Shown here: piece after piece, positions 17,415 through 27,061 of the stretch
Position numbering within the stretch: the first letter of the stretch is position 1
Layout of the letters: each line of letters starts with the position of its first letter
UHGV virus genome: UHGV-1372840
From: a virus
Length of the DNA stretch: 48,653 nt
Reading direction: 5' to 3' (one strand)
Notes under the pieces: generated by a model
Seen by the model: only the letters and a program-made list of their open reading frames with translations
Told to the model about the DNA's origin: nothing
Database searches by the model: none
Position numbers and translations under genes: made by a program

Positions 17415-19057
17415 AACCCAATCCTCTCTCTTAATTTATCCGCATCGGCCGCTTTGAGCGCCTGCGCCTCCAGCCACGACACACCGTATGTCAGGTAAAA
17501 TTTGCGAAATATTTCACTATCGCTCAGACCTTCCGCACGGCGATATCCAGCCCACTCCGCTAATTTTAAGTCTAACTTGACGAGCGCGTCAAGTCTTTCT
17601 CTCTGGCGTTTGACATTACTCATCACACCAGGTACCGGTACGTTCAATGCAGTCAGTCTGTCACGCATTGCCTCGGGCGTCTCACGTGCTCCCACAACCT
17701 CATTACGCATTTGCGCCAGTACATCCGGGTCAAGCTCGTATAAATCTCCGTCAACCTGAGTAGGTCCTGAGCGGTCTGCCGGTTTTGGTACAGGCTCACC
17801 ACAGTCCGGACATGCGTCACGGAACCGCTCATACACCGCTGCGCAACCTGTACACACGCGCACCGTCGATGGTTTACTTTTACCCGTGCGGCGCTCCCGG
17901 CGGTCAAGACTCCACTCACGCGGTGCATCCGGTAAACCGTGGCGCATGACGTTCGATACAGCATCGATGACCGTGAGATGTGTCTTCCCCGTGTCGGGAC
18001 TGGTCCGTGTGCCTCGTCCAAACATCTGACAAAAAAGCGCGTAGCTTTGCGTGGGTCGCGCAAATGATACGACCTCTAGTGAACTGACATCCGTTCCCTC
18101 CGTCAGAACGCTGTCATTTACAATCTGTAAAACTTTTCCGCTGGCAATATCACGCAGTGCCTGAATACGTTCACTGTCTTTCATCCTCCCCGATACGGCT
18201 ACAGCAGGTACACCTTTTGCGCGGTATGCGTCAGCAACTTCTTCCGCCATATCCACGCCAACTGTGAAAGTCACTCCCCGTTTACCGGGTGTAAATTTAA
18301 GCCAGTGCTGAACAATGTCCCCCACAATGTGGGATTTACCAATTTCCTCCTTGAGTTCTTTTTCGGCATAATCACCAGTCGTGGTGCTGACTTTAACTCT
18401 ATCAAGATGTAAATCGGAAGGTGGACAATAAATTTTGTAATCCACCAGAAAACCCATCTCGATAAGGTCACGCATTCCCGGCCCGATAACGAGTGCGTCA
18501 CCATATCCATCTGTTTCACGTGACAACCCTTTTCCATCCGCCCGACATGGTGTAGCTGTCAACCCTAAACCGCGTGCACCCGCGTTATCAAGCGGTGTAA
18601 AAACACCACCCCACGTTTTTGAGTCGCGCGTATAATGGTGAAACTCATCACCTATAATTGTCAATTTATCGCGATACGCTTTCAGTTCGTCAATGTGTTG
18701 CTGTTTGACAGACTGAACTGATGCTACGGTTATCTTTGCTGACGGGTCGTAATAAGTTCGCCCATGGTCTTCCATGTGGAGCCTGATTGAATACTTTATT
18801 GTTGAGTGTGCTGCGATTATGTTGTGACGGAGTTCGTTTCTCGCCAGCGTGTTACTCAACTGTGATATCAGCTCCGAACGGTGGGCGGTTATCAGCACTC
18901 GCTGTCCTCTTGCTGCTTCGATTCGTGCGATTTCACAAAGCACACTGGCTTTACCACTGCCGGTGGGCATGACTAACACCACAAAGCGTTTACCGACAGC
19001 CCAATTTGCGTATACGTTATCAATTGCATCCTGCTGATATGGTCGCATTATTAACAT
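17411..19057 (-). CDS. SF2 DEAD/DEAH-box DNA helicase with C-terminal Cys4 zinc finger
   Basis: Walker A PTGSGKA, DEFHH box, GLTATP motif III, CTGC...CPDC zinc ribbon. Confidence 0.7.
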   Translation of the reverse strand: MLIMRPYQQDAIDNVYANWAVGKRFVVLVMPTGSGKASVLCEIARIEAARGQRVLITAHRSELISQLSNTLARNELRHNIIAAHSTIKYSIRLHMEDHGRTYYDPSAKITVASVQSVKQQHIDELKAYRDKLTIIGDEFHHYTRDSKTWGGVFTPLDNAGARGLGLTATPCRADGKGLSRETDGYGDALVIGPGMRDLIEMGFLVDYKIYCPPSDLHLDRVKVSTTTGDYAEKELKEEIGKSHIVGDIVQHWLKFTPGKRGVTFTVGVDMAEEVADAYRAKGVPAVAVSGRMKDSERIQALRDIASGKVLQIVNDSVLTEGTDVSSLEVVSFARPTQSYALFCQMFGRGTRTSPDTGKTHLTVIDAVSNVMRHGLPDAPREWSLDRRERRTGKSKPSTVRVCTGCAAVYERFRDACPDCGEPVPKPADRSGPTQVDGDLYELDPDVLAQMRNEVVGARETPEAMRDRLTALNVPVPGVMSNVKRQRERLDALVKLDLKLAEWAGYRRAEGLSDSEIFRKFYLTYGVSWLEAQALKAADADKLRERIGL

Positions 19058-19716
19058 TTTGTCGGCCCCTTATATGTCTGATTCTTACCTTTGAAAGACG
19101 GTTCGGAAATTGCTCGTTCGACAGTCCACCCGTAGCGCGTCAATCGACCTTTCAGGGTGTAATAGTTTACACCTGATAATTCTGAGAGTTCGCGAATGTC
19201 GTACATCTTACCCTTGTATTCATATTTGAGCGTATTGGTTCGGTTTAATGGTTGCTTCTCGTTTTCAATCCAAGTGCAATTTTCGGGACAATAATCACCA
19301 TCTACATCTTTTCTTTCTATTGTCACTTTTTCTTTATACCCTGAGGATATTGCCCAGGCGTGAAATGACTCAAAGTTGTGCCAGTCTTCACAAACCGTAA
19401 TACCGCGACCACCATAATGGGGAAAGTCCTTACACTCCGGGTTGTAACAGCGTTGCTTCATTGCTGTCCAGACCCAATTTAATTTTTGAAAACGTTTGGA
19501 TAGACCGTGCGTCTTCAACGCCGGCGAACAGCCACAATGTGATTTTTTTCCAGATTTTTTAGCAATTAACATTGTACTGACGAGTCGTTCGGTTGTGCCT
19601 CCACATTCACACTTAAATGACCAAATCCAACCACCCCTTTCATTTGTGCGAACTGGTTTTATTGCTGTTAACATTCCAAATTTTTCACCAGTAATATCTT
19701 TTCTATGGTTAGCCAT
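19051..19716 (-). CDS. Putative HNH-like endonuclease / DNA-binding protein
   Basis: RCYNPECKDFPHYGGRGITVCEDW motif typical of a phage HNH-like family; C-terminal HTH-like YDIRELSELSGVNYYTLKGRL. Confidence 0.4.
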   Translation of the reverse strand: MANHRKDITGEKFGMLTAIKPVRTNERGGWIWSFKCECGGTTERLVSTMLIAKKSGKKSHCGCSPALKTHGLSKRFQKLNWVWTAMKQRCYNPECKDFPHYGGRGITVCEDWHNFESFHAWAISSGYKEKVTIERKDVDGDYCPENCTWIENEKQPLNRTNTLKYEYKGKMYDIRELSELSGVNYYTLKGRLTRYGWTVERAISEPSFKGKNQTYKGPTKC

Positions 19717-19778
19717 GTTTCACCTCTTCCAATGTCAAAACGTTGCTCCATTATGAGAGGTGATTCACCACATGTCAA

Positions 19779-20075
19779 CTACATCTCCCACACTTTGCGC
19801 ACGTGGTTCGACTCGACCATGCGTGCTTTTCTGATTAATTTACGTGCCACATACATCGGTATCTGCACATCGTCAAGAAACCATTTGTCTTTCTTACTGA
19901 CCGAGTTGTACCAGCCGTAAGAGGGACGGAGTAGTTGTTTAATTTGTGCCATTGCGTTCACTCCTCGCTTTCCACTCCAACCATGCAACCTGCTGTAATC
20001 CACGCTGGTCCATTGCGGGACGATGTTTAATTTTTGGACGAAAGTTTTCTTCAAACCACTGTTTAAATTCTTCAA
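19779..20075 (-). CDS. Hypothetical protein, first gene of the leftward replication operon
   Basis: 98 aa; GAGAGG RBS before the ATG. Confidence 0.4.
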   Translation of the reverse strand: MKNLNSGLKKTFVQKLNIVPQWTSVDYSRLHGWSGKRGVNAMAQIKQLLRPSYGWYNSVSKKDKWFLDDVQIPMYVARKLIRKARMVESNHVRKVWEM

Positions 20076-20234
20076 GTTCTTTTTCTTCTTTCATTTTATT
20101 TTCCTCTCACTTATTGACGATGACGTCATTATGTCGCACCACCCACCCCGTGTCAAATTTAAAATTAGTGTTGACGAGTGCGTCATGGTGGTATAGAGTT
20201 CACCACATCGACAACAACGGAGGACAGAGAGACA
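20076..20234. promoter_or_regulatory. Divergent promoter region with two palindromic operators
   Basis: Leftward TTGACA-17-CATAAT with TGACGTCATCGTCAA (20104-20119) at its +1. Rightward TTGACGagtgCGTCAT-GGTGGTATAGAGT (20170-20198). Confidence 0.55.
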
Positions 20235-21154
20235 TGAGTAATATCACATTAACCATCCCGAACGACGACCACATTGCGCTGCGTGCGTTTGGTAAAGCAC
20301 TGGAAGAAATGGCACTTGCGCACGGTGCGCCACTACGAGTTAACCCCCACGTGGACGTGGAAAAATTGCGTGAGACAATGGGGAATGCGGAACCAACGTA
20401 TATCGTTCCTGAAGTTGACACCACTGCACAACAGGTTGAGTCACTCGGCGCAACGCACATCATTACCGAGCAGAAATTAGTTGGTGGCCCCGTACATGTG
20501 GGTGACGGTAATTTCTCACAAGGATACGTCGCCACAGTCGAGGAAATTGCTGACCCCGTTGACTCAACTGGCACACCGTGGGACGAACGTATCCACTCCA
20601 CCAGTAAGGCGCTCAATGCGGACGGTACGTGGCGTCTGCGTCGTAAGCCGAAGGATATGGATGAACTGGAATGGGTGGCACTGATTGAGTCGGTTAAGGG
20701 TGAGTTGCATACTCAAACACCGGTAATGACTGATGAAGAAGTTAAAACCCTGGAACCCGTGGAAATTGGCGGACCGACACGGGAAGAAGTCGAACCACCT
20801 GTAACACCACCGGGCGATGATTTCCACACTGACGAGCAAACCGTTGCCGGTATTCCGCCACTTCCTGTACCGCCGCCGGTAGTTGTTGCACCACCTGTAC
20901 CGGAATTTGATGACGGCGTTCCTTTCCCACCATCGGGCACTGTCTCTCCAGCGTTAGAGCGTATGGCGGACCACACTGTATGGGACTTCCCGCGCCTCAT
21001 GACCTTCCTGACCGAGCGTCACGGTAAGATTGATGTGGCAACGGTGAACACGCTGCTGGCGCAGGACGGTATGTCGTCGGTGCAGGAACTGAACGCCCAC
21101 CCGGATAAAATCGGTCCGTTCGTGGCACGTGTTAAAGCGCATTTGGGGGAGTGA
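20235..21154 (+). CDS. Hypothetical early protein with DSTGTPWDERIH motif and Pro-rich linker
   Basis: GGAGGACAGAGAGAC then ATG at 20235. The track N-terminal extension reads through the promoter region and is rejected. Confidence 0.5.
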
Positions 21155-21159
21155 GTTGT

Positions 21160-21675
21160 ATGAAGGAGAAAGCGTTAACACAAGAAACACTCAAGGCTCT
21201 TCTCCATTATGACCCCGTCACAGGGGTCTTTACTTGGTTGGTGAGTCCAAGTTTCACTGTCAAAGCTGGGGATAAGGCCGGGAATGTCACGCCTAAAGGT
21301 TACTGGCAAATCGGGATAAATAGAAAGCGGTATTTGGCACATCGCTTAGCGTGGCTCTACGTACACGGAGTTTTTCCGGAAAAAGACGTTGACCACATTA
21401 ACCGTAATCCAGCAGACAACCGGATTGTTAATTTGAGAGATGTCAGCAATCAATTTAATTTATTTAACACTTCGAAACAAAAAGATAATACCTCCGGTTA
21501 CAAAGGGGTGACTTTCATACCAAAGGTTAAAAAGTGGCAAGCCCAAATCAGAATGAATAGTAAGAAAGTGTACTTAGGTACATTTGATACACCCGAAAGA
21601 GCTGATATAGCACACAGAATTGCTGAATATTTTAGAGAGAAATATTATGACCACTCAACTACCAAAGGTGTCTGA
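21160..21675 (+). CDS. HNH homing endonuclease with AP2 DNA-binding domain
   Basis: DHINRNPADNRIVNLR HNH core plus GVTF...KKWQAQI...VYLGTFDTPERA AP2 domain. Confidence 0.7.
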   Translation: MKEKALTQETLKALLHYDPVTGVFTWLVSPSFTVKAGDKAGNVTPKGYWQIGINRKRYLAHRLAWLYVHGVFPEKDVDHINRNPADNRIVNLRDVSNQFNLFNTSKQKDNTSGYKGVTFIPKVKKWQAQIRMNSKKVYLGTFDTPERADIAHRIAEYFREKYYDHSTTKGV

Positions 21676-22774
21676 TGCTTCCATGTGGATGACCTGTAAC
21701 GGGTCATTCCGGGCGCAACAGGCTTATCCACCACTGGACGTCGAACCATCGCAGTCACGTCTTGAAGGGCGTGCCGCACACGAAGTGGCTCAGAAGTTAT
21801 TCAAAAATGAGCCATTCAGTGGCCTGGTGGGTAGTTTGTCAAAGGATGGAATTATCATCACAGACGAACTGTTTGATGCTGCTCGTGAGTATTTTAACGA
21901 GGTGTGGGGTTATTGTAACACTCACGGGCGAGTGCACGACCTTCACGTTGAGGAAGTGTGTCCTGTTCCGGGTTATGACGACTGGTACTGTATTCCCGAT
22001 GCGTGGGTGTACGTACCGGAAGGGAAGGTACTACGTGTCTGGGACGCGAAATTCGGTCACCGTATTGTTGACCCGTTTGAAAACTGGCAGTTGTTGATTG
22101 AAGCGTTCAGTATTTGCGAACAATTCCAGTCGCCACCGGGCATTATTGAACTGGTCATCGTACAGCCACGCGGATTCACCGGTGAGGGTACGGTGCGTAA
22201 ATGGGCGCTCACATACGATGAACTGTGCGCATACCGGCAGCAGGTGAACGAGACGATACTCCGCGTGCTGGATGCCACGCCGATGTGTACACCCGGACCA
22301 CATTGTCTCGACTGCAGCGCGCGTGCACACTGTGACACGCTGAAGCAACAGAGTTACGCCGCGGTGGACTACGTGACGTCACTGCAGACGCACAATTTGT
22401 CCGGACATGCCCTGGGTGTTGAGTTGAGACTCCTGCAGCGTGCACAGGAGATGATTAAAATGCGTCTCAGTGGTCTGGAGGAACAAGCACTGCATGAGAT
22501 TAAGCAGGGTCGACATGTGACATTCTACACCGCTAAAACCACATACGGTCGTAAGCGCTGGAAGAAAGATGTTCCGGTGGACCAGGTGATATTCATGGCC
22601 GAGTTGCAGGGAGTTGACGTCCGTAAGCCGCAGGAACTGGACACACCCGCACAGTGTGCGAAAAAAGGTATCGACCCGTCTGTTATTGAGCAGTACGCTG
22701 AAACACCTGTCACGGGTGTCAAGCTGGAACAGGTCGATGAACGCAGTATCCGTAGTGTATTTGAGAGGAGGTGA
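21647..22774 (+). CDS. PD-(D/E)xK exonuclease with C-terminal Cys4 cluster (Cas4/AddB-like)
   Basis: YCIPDAWVY...VWDAKFG nuclease motifs. CTPGPHCLDCSARAHC four-Cys cluster typical of FeS-containing Cas4-like recombination nucleases. Confidence 0.55.
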   Translation: MTTQLPKVSDASMWMTCNGSFRAQQAYPPLDVEPSQSRLEGRAAHEVAQKLFKNEPFSGLVGSLSKDGIIITDELFDAAREYFNEVWGYCNTHGRVHDLHVEEVCPVPGYDDWYCIPDAWVYVPEGKVLRVWDAKFGHRIVDPFENWQLLIEAFSICEQFQSPPGIIELVIVQPRGFTGEGTVRKWALTYDELCAYRQQVNETILRVLDATPMCTPGPHCLDCSARAHCDTLKQQSYAAVDYVTSLQTHNLSGHALGVELRLLQRAQEMIKMRLSGLEEQALHEIKQGRHVTFYTAKTTYGRKRWKKDVPVDQVIFMAELQGVDVRKPQELDTPAQCAKKGIDPSVIEQYAETPVTGVKLEQVDERSIRSVFERR

Positions 22775-22777
22775 GAG

Positions 22778-22912
22778 ATGAGTGAGCAATTTCTGGAGTG
22801 GTTCGATAAAACATTCAGTGAAGCACTATTCAAGGGTGAAGAACGTGAATATCTGAAAACGTATACCTGGTTCGCGTGGCGTGACGCCCTCCGCCAAAAT
22901 AATGCGAAATAA
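22778..22912 (+). CDS. Small hypothetical protein (44 aa)
   Basis: Strong RBS GAGGAGGTGAGAG then ATG. Confidence 0.35.
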   Translation: MSEQFLEWFDKTFSEALFKGEEREYLKTYTWFAWRDALRQNNAK

Positions 22913-22916
22913 CTAC

Positions 22917-22945
22917 TTGACGCACTCGTCAAACTAACGTAGTAT
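22917..22945 (+). promoter_or_regulatory. Promoter with perfect palindrome TTGACGcactCGTCAA
   Basis: -35 22917-22922, -10 TAGTAT 22940-22945; upstream of the SSB-like gene. Confidence 0.55.
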
Positions 22946-22955
22946 TCAAATCACC

Positions 22956-22974
22956 GGGAGACAGAGGGTCTCCC
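22956..22974 (+). other. 5'-UTR stem-loop GGGAGAC-agag-GTCTCCC
   Basis: 7 bp stem at the predicted 5' end of the SSB-like transcript. Confidence 0.4.
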
Positions 22975-22999
22975 ACACTTAGCAGAGAGGATTTACAAG

Positions 23000-23812
23000 A
23001 TGGCTCAATTTACTTTCGTTACCCCTGTTGCTCGCCTGATTCACGGTCACCCGCTGAAACAAAATGTACGCGCTGATGGAGTTACAAAACAACCGGTTCT
23101 TGGTAAAGATGGTCAGCCCGTTAAAGAGATTTACATCGGTATTGCAATTCCTAAAACCGGTGAAGCGGACTGGAAAGATACCGAATGGGGTAAACAAATC
23201 GCAATGGCGGCGCTGGACGCTGAAAACGGTTACGATGCCGCCACCACTCGCCGCCCGGATTTTTCCTGGAAAGTAATCGATGGCGATAGCGACATCCCGA
23301 ACAAAGCTGGTCACGCACCGAATGAGGACGAATATAAACGCGGTCACTGGGTCTTGCACCTGAACACCCGCATTCCGTACAACTGTTATCATGTTGGTAA
23401 ATATAATCCGCTCGATGCGATTCAGGACGTAAACGCTATTAAACTCGGCGATTACGTTCGTGTGAATATCGTGGCGAAAGGTAATAAGCCGTCCAAAACT
23501 CCGGGCGTGTATTTGAACCCGAATCTGCTCGAGCTGTCACGTGTGGGCGAAGCGATCATTCGTGAAGGTAGCGGTCCGGACGCGGCAAGCGTATTTGGCG
23601 GTGGCACACCTGCGCAGGCGGCACCAACCCCGGCCCCAGCTGCTCCGGCACCCGCAACACCTCCGCCAGCAACTGACCTGTTGGTAACACCTCCGCCGGT
23701 TGTTGAAGAGAAGTACAGTTACAACGGCGTGGTGTATACCAAAGCACAACTGCTCGGTATGCCCGGCTGGAGCGAAGAGTTAATCGCACAACACTGTCAG
23801 AAAGTAGCATAA
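23000..23812 (+). CDS. Putative ssDNA-binding protein (DUF2815/T7 gp2.5-like) with Pro/Ala-rich linker
   Basis: N-terminus FTFVTPVARLIH fits the DUF2815 opening; long PAPAAPAPATPPPA linker; placement in the replication module. Confidence 0.45.
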   Translation: MAQFTFVTPVARLIHGHPLKQNVRADGVTKQPVLGKDGQPVKEIYIGIAIPKTGEADWKDTEWGKQIAMAALDAENGYDAATTRRPDFSWKVIDGDSDIPNKAGHAPNEDEYKRGHWVLHLNTRIPYNCYHVGKYNPLDAIQDVNAIKLGDYVRVNIVAKGNKPSKTPGVYLNPNLLELSRVGEAIIREGSGPDAASVFGGGTPAQAAPTPAPAAPAPATPPPATDLLVTPPPVVEEKYSYNGVVYTKAQLLGMPGWSEELIAQHCQKVA

Positions 23813-23862
23813 CCACAACGCCCCGGTGTGAGCCGGGGTAATTTAACTGGAGAGGGTGTATC

Positions 23863-23985
23863 ATGACCGAACTCGACCCACGACTGAAAAAGATTGATGA
23901 AAAGTTAGCCGAACTGGAACGCGCTATTAAACAGGTGCAGGAGCAACGCCGGGAATACATCAACCGGAAAGGACTCAATAAATAA
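23863..23985 (+). CDS. Small hypothetical protein (40 aa)
   Basis: GGAGAGGG RBS then ATG; between a weak hairpin (23821-23838) and a terminator. Confidence 0.3.
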   Translation: MTELDPRLKKIDEKLAELERAIKQVQEQRREYINRKGLNK

Positions 23986-23992
23986 TTATCCA

Positions 23993-24016
23993 AGCCCCTT
24001 AACCGGGGCTTTTCTT
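23993..24016 (+). terminator. Rho-independent terminator or attenuator
   Basis: AGCCCC-ttaacc-GGGGCT then TTTCTT. Confidence 0.5.
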
Positions 24017-24032
24017 ACAGAGAGGAACAGAG

Positions 24033-25556
24033 ATGCACTATTTATCGAAATGCGAAGACGCAACTTGCGGTAAAACTTATCCCGCTGACCTCCACAATTG
24101 CCCTTACTGTGGGGCTGATTCAGCGTTTTCCAGCGTTGCACCACTGGACCCACGGGACTGGGGATACGATTTAGAGACATACAAGAACATCTTCACCGCC
24201 TCATTTATTCACGCTGCGACGGGTATGGAGTTAGTCTTCGAAATCAGTGACCGTAAAAACGAGCAGTCGCAATTAATCGAATTCGTGTTCAACCTGGGAC
24301 GCAGTAAGGCCCGTGGGATTGGATTTAATAACCTGGCATTCGACTATCCGGTGCTACACTACGTGGTCAATGCACCGGGTTGTACACTGGAACAGATTTA
24401 TGCGAAGGCGCAATCACAGATTAAGCCCGAAGGTCAGTGGCCAGAAATCATATGGGACCGCGACCAGATTTTCGAGCAGATTGATCTGTACAAAATAAAC
24501 CACTTCGACAATAAAGCCCGACGTACCAGCCTGAAGGCGTTAGAGGTAGGCATGCGGTCCCCCAACGTAAAAGACCTACCATTCCCGGTCGGAATGGTGT
24601 TGAACGATGCGCAGAAAGATGTCCTCATCGCATACAACAAGCACGACGTCCGCGAAACACTTAAATTCTTCGTGCGTTCACTCGACAAAATTCATTTCCG
24701 CGAGGAACTGACAAAGCAATACGGACGTAACTTTATGAACCACGCCGACACTAAAATCGGCAAAGATATATTCGTTCACGAACTGGAGAAGGCCGGGGTA
24801 GATTGCTCGGGAGTAACTATTCGTGAACGTATCGCGCTTGCGGATTGCATACCCCCTTACATCAAATTTGAACGACCGGAGTTCAATCAAATTCTGGAAC
24901 GCATTCGTGGGGTTGTACTCACGAAGAAGCAGCAGGACGAATTACTGACCACAAAAGGTGTGTTTAGTGATATGACCGTCATGGTCGATGGTGTCGAATA
25001 TTCGTTCGGGTTGGGAGGTATCCATAGTGGTATTCCGAACTACGTTGTGCATTCCGGCAACGGTAAGTTATTGAAAAATAAAGATGTTACAAGCATGTAC
25101 CCGTCCATTAGTATAAAGAACAGGTACTATCCGGAACACCTTAGTGAAACTTTTTGTGATGTATATGAACAACTGTTCATTCGTCGCCGTGATGCTAAGC
25201 GAGCGGGAGATAAAACAGTTGATGCCGCATTGAAACTCGCCCTCAACGGCACCTTCGGAAACATGGGGAGTAAATTCAGCCCATTCTGCGACCACAAGTG
25301 TCTTCTGAGTATCACTATTACGGGACAACTTTGTTTGGCAATGTTGATTGATAGATTGATAACGCGAGTTCCAGACATGATTATTCCGCAATCGAATACT
25401 GACGGGGCTGTCATGTACTACCCCGAACAATATGATTCGTTAGTCGAATCTATTTGTGCGGAATGGGAGAAAGACACAATGTTGGGACTTGAGACGGACG
25501 AAGTAAAATCTCTTTATCAGCGTGATGTGAACAATTACATAATGACCATTGGTTGA
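24033..25556 (+). CDS. Family B DNA polymerase, N-terminal fragment (zinc finger, 3'-5' exonuclease, palm)
   Basis: Exo I DLET, Exo II FNNLAFDYP, Exo III YNKHD. Pol motif A DVTSMYPSI, motif B KLALNGTFG, motif C NTDG. Stops about 50 aa after motif C. Confidence 0.75.
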   Translation: MHYLSKCEDATCGKTYPADLHNCPYCGADSAFSSVAPLDPRDWGYDLETYKNIFTASFIHAATGMELVFEISDRKNEQSQLIEFVFNLGRSKARGIGFNNLAFDYPVLHYVVNAPGCTLEQIYAKAQSQIKPEGQWPEIIWDRDQIFEQIDLYKINHFDNKARRTSLKALEVGMRSPNVKDLPFPVGMVLNDAQKDVLIAYNKHDVRETLKFFVRSLDKIHFREELTKQYGRNFMNHADTKIGKDIFVHELEKAGVDCSGVTIRERIALADCIPPYIKFERPEFNQILERIRGVVLTKKQQDELLTTKGVFSDMTVMVDGVEYSFGLGGIHSGIPNYVVHSGNGKLLKNKDVTSMYPSISIKNRYYPEHLSETFCDVYEQLFIRRRDAKRAGDKTVDAALKLALNGTFGNMGSKFSPFCDHKCLLSITITGQLCLAMLIDRLITRVPDMIIPQSNTDGAVMYYPEQYDSLVESICAEWEKDTMLGLETDEVKSLYQRDVNNYIMTIG

Positions 25557-25582
25557 CATCGGGCAAAAGAAAATTTAGGATG
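25554..25582 (+). promoter_or_regulatory. Promoter for the inserted HNH gene
   Basis: TTGACA, 17 nt, TAGGAT, overlapping the end of the polymerase fragment. Confidence 0.4.
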
Positions 25583-25608
25583 GTATAAACAAATCGCAAC
25601 GGTATGAG

Positions 25609-26157
25609 ATGATGATGTGGAAATTGAAATGCAGAGAAGAAATGTCTCTGGAGTTATTAAAAGAACATTTCACTTATAATCCCACGACTGGGGAATTCGC
25701 AAGAATAAAGAGATACGATAGTTATGGTAAACCCAAATCAATATATTCGCCAATAAGGGACTGTAATAATAGGGGCTATTACTGGGCGAATTGTTTTGGG
25801 TTGATGTTTCTCGTACATCGCCTCGTGTGGTTATATATGACGGGTGAACATCCGAATGGTGAAATTGACCATATCAATGGTAATCGAAAGGATAACCGCT
25901 GGGAAAATTTACGTCTTGTTACGGCTTTTGAGAATGCTAGAAATCAGGGTGAACGCAAAGATAACACCTCCGGGTGCAGAGGCGTTACAAGAAATGGTGC
26001 GGGATGGTTGGTACGTATATCACATGAAGGGGTTCGTTATCACTTGGGCACATTCAGAGATAAGAATGAGGCAATCGCCGTTCGCAAGCAAGCTGAGCGC
26101 GATTTAAATTATCACCCCAATCACGCAAAGCGGGAGTCATGGAAATATGAAAATTAA
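25609..26157 (+). CDS. HNH-AP2 homing endonuclease inserted in the DNA polymerase gene
   Basis: DHINGNRKDNRWENLR HNH core plus GVTRNGAGWLVRISHEGVRYHLGTFRDKNEA AP2 domain. Confidence 0.7.
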   Translation: MMMWKLKCREEMSLELLKEHFTYNPTTGEFARIKRYDSYGKPKSIYSPIRDCNNRGYYWANCFGLMFLVHRLVWLYMTGEHPNGEIDHINGNRKDNRWENLRLVTAFENARNQGERKDNTSGCRGVTRNGAGWLVRISHEGVRYHLGTFRDKNEAIAVRKQAERDLNYHPNHAKRESWKYEN

Positions 26158-26731
26158 AAGAAAAGGGTGTTACGAGTACAAATACCAGTGGCATCAAGAC
26201 CCATCGGCGATGATTGTTGCCCGCGCAGCCGAAGCCGCCCTCGTACACGGTGAGGACATCCGCACGTTCATCACGCGGCACCGTGACCCGTTTGACTTTA
26301 TGCTGCGAGCAAAAGTGCCTCGTTCGGCACGTCTGGTGATGCGTTGGCCTGAGTGGGGCGCTGAACAGGAGATGCAGAATACCACACGTGTGTTTATCTC
26401 GCGTAATGGTGGGTCACTGGTTAAGCTGTTACCACCAACCGGTACACCAGGTACATGGAAGCGCAAGAATGGTGTCAAGGACGATGTGTACAATGCGGTA
26501 ATGCGTGAGATTACAGGGCAACCTGGAGACCTCGACAGCATTGGTACACCGTGGGATGAGCGTATCCACACGAAGAGTCGCAGTAAGCACGATGCAGTGC
26601 GCGAAACAAGTATGTGTGCAGGATGGAAGGTGACAGAGTGTGCAGACGCTAAGGATTTCGACTGGGGCAGTCTGGACTACGAATATTATGTGAAAGAAGT
26701 GGAAAAGTTAGTTTTACCGTTGTTGAGGTGA
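26147..26731 (+). CDS. Family B DNA polymerase, C-terminal (thumb) fragment
   Basis: Begins KIKRKGCYEYK, which resembles the post-motif-C KKRY region. Own GGAG RBS; start overlaps the HNH stop. Confidence 0.5.
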   Translation: MKIKRKGCYEYKYQWHQDPSAMIVARAAEAALVHGEDIRTFITRHRDPFDFMLRAKVPRSARLVMRWPEWGAEQEMQNTTRVFISRNGGSLVKLLPPTGTPGTWKRKNGVKDDVYNAVMREITGQPGDLDSIGTPWDERIHTKSRSKHDAVRETSMCAGWKVTECADAKDFDWGSLDYEYYVKEVEKLVLPLLR

Positions 26732-26746
26732 GAAAGTACCGGCGCA

Positions 26747-27061
26747 TCACTGTGCCGGTTTGTTCATCTTTTGACGCATTTCAGCAAGTTCAATTTCCGC
26801 CTTTTCGCGTTCGATTCGCCTAATAATTTCCTTCTCCTTACGCTCGGCGGACTCATTACGAATTCGTTGTATGTGACCACAAATCATGACAACCGTCAGT
26901 ATAATACCACACAAGGTGGCGAAGATACCGACGGTTTCCGGGGTAATGCCGTATTTAGTCATCAGTCCCGTTATCGTCGTCCCGCTCGCCACTACCGTTC
27001 CGACTTGTGTGTTTCCAGTAAAGCTCATAGCGTTTTCTCGCTTCAATGTACCACTCGACAA
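26747..27061 (-). CDS. Small membrane protein with highly charged C-terminus (holin-like candidate)
   Basis: TM segment VGIFATLCGIILTVVMICGHI then RIRNESAERKEKEIIRRIEREKAEIELAEMRQK. Confidence 0.35.
   Translation of the reverse strand: MSSGTLKRENAMSFTGNTQVGTVVASGTTITGLMTKYGITPETVGIFATLCGIILTVVMICGHIQRIRNESAERKEKEIIRRIEREKAEIELAEMRQKMNKPAQ

Noticed and set aside
19946-20234. Long N-terminal extension of the 20235 gene in the track ORF 19946..21154
   Set aside because: It reads through the divergent promoter region and the start of the opposite-strand gene. A strong RBS (GGAGGACAGAGAGAC) precedes the ATG at 20235.
25557-26146. Group I intron in the DNA polymerase gene
   Set aside because: Only about 52 nt of noncoding sequence flanks the HNH ORF, and the downstream polymerase fragment has its own RBS and start. 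A split gene is more parsimonious. Needs RT-PCR to exclude splicing fully.
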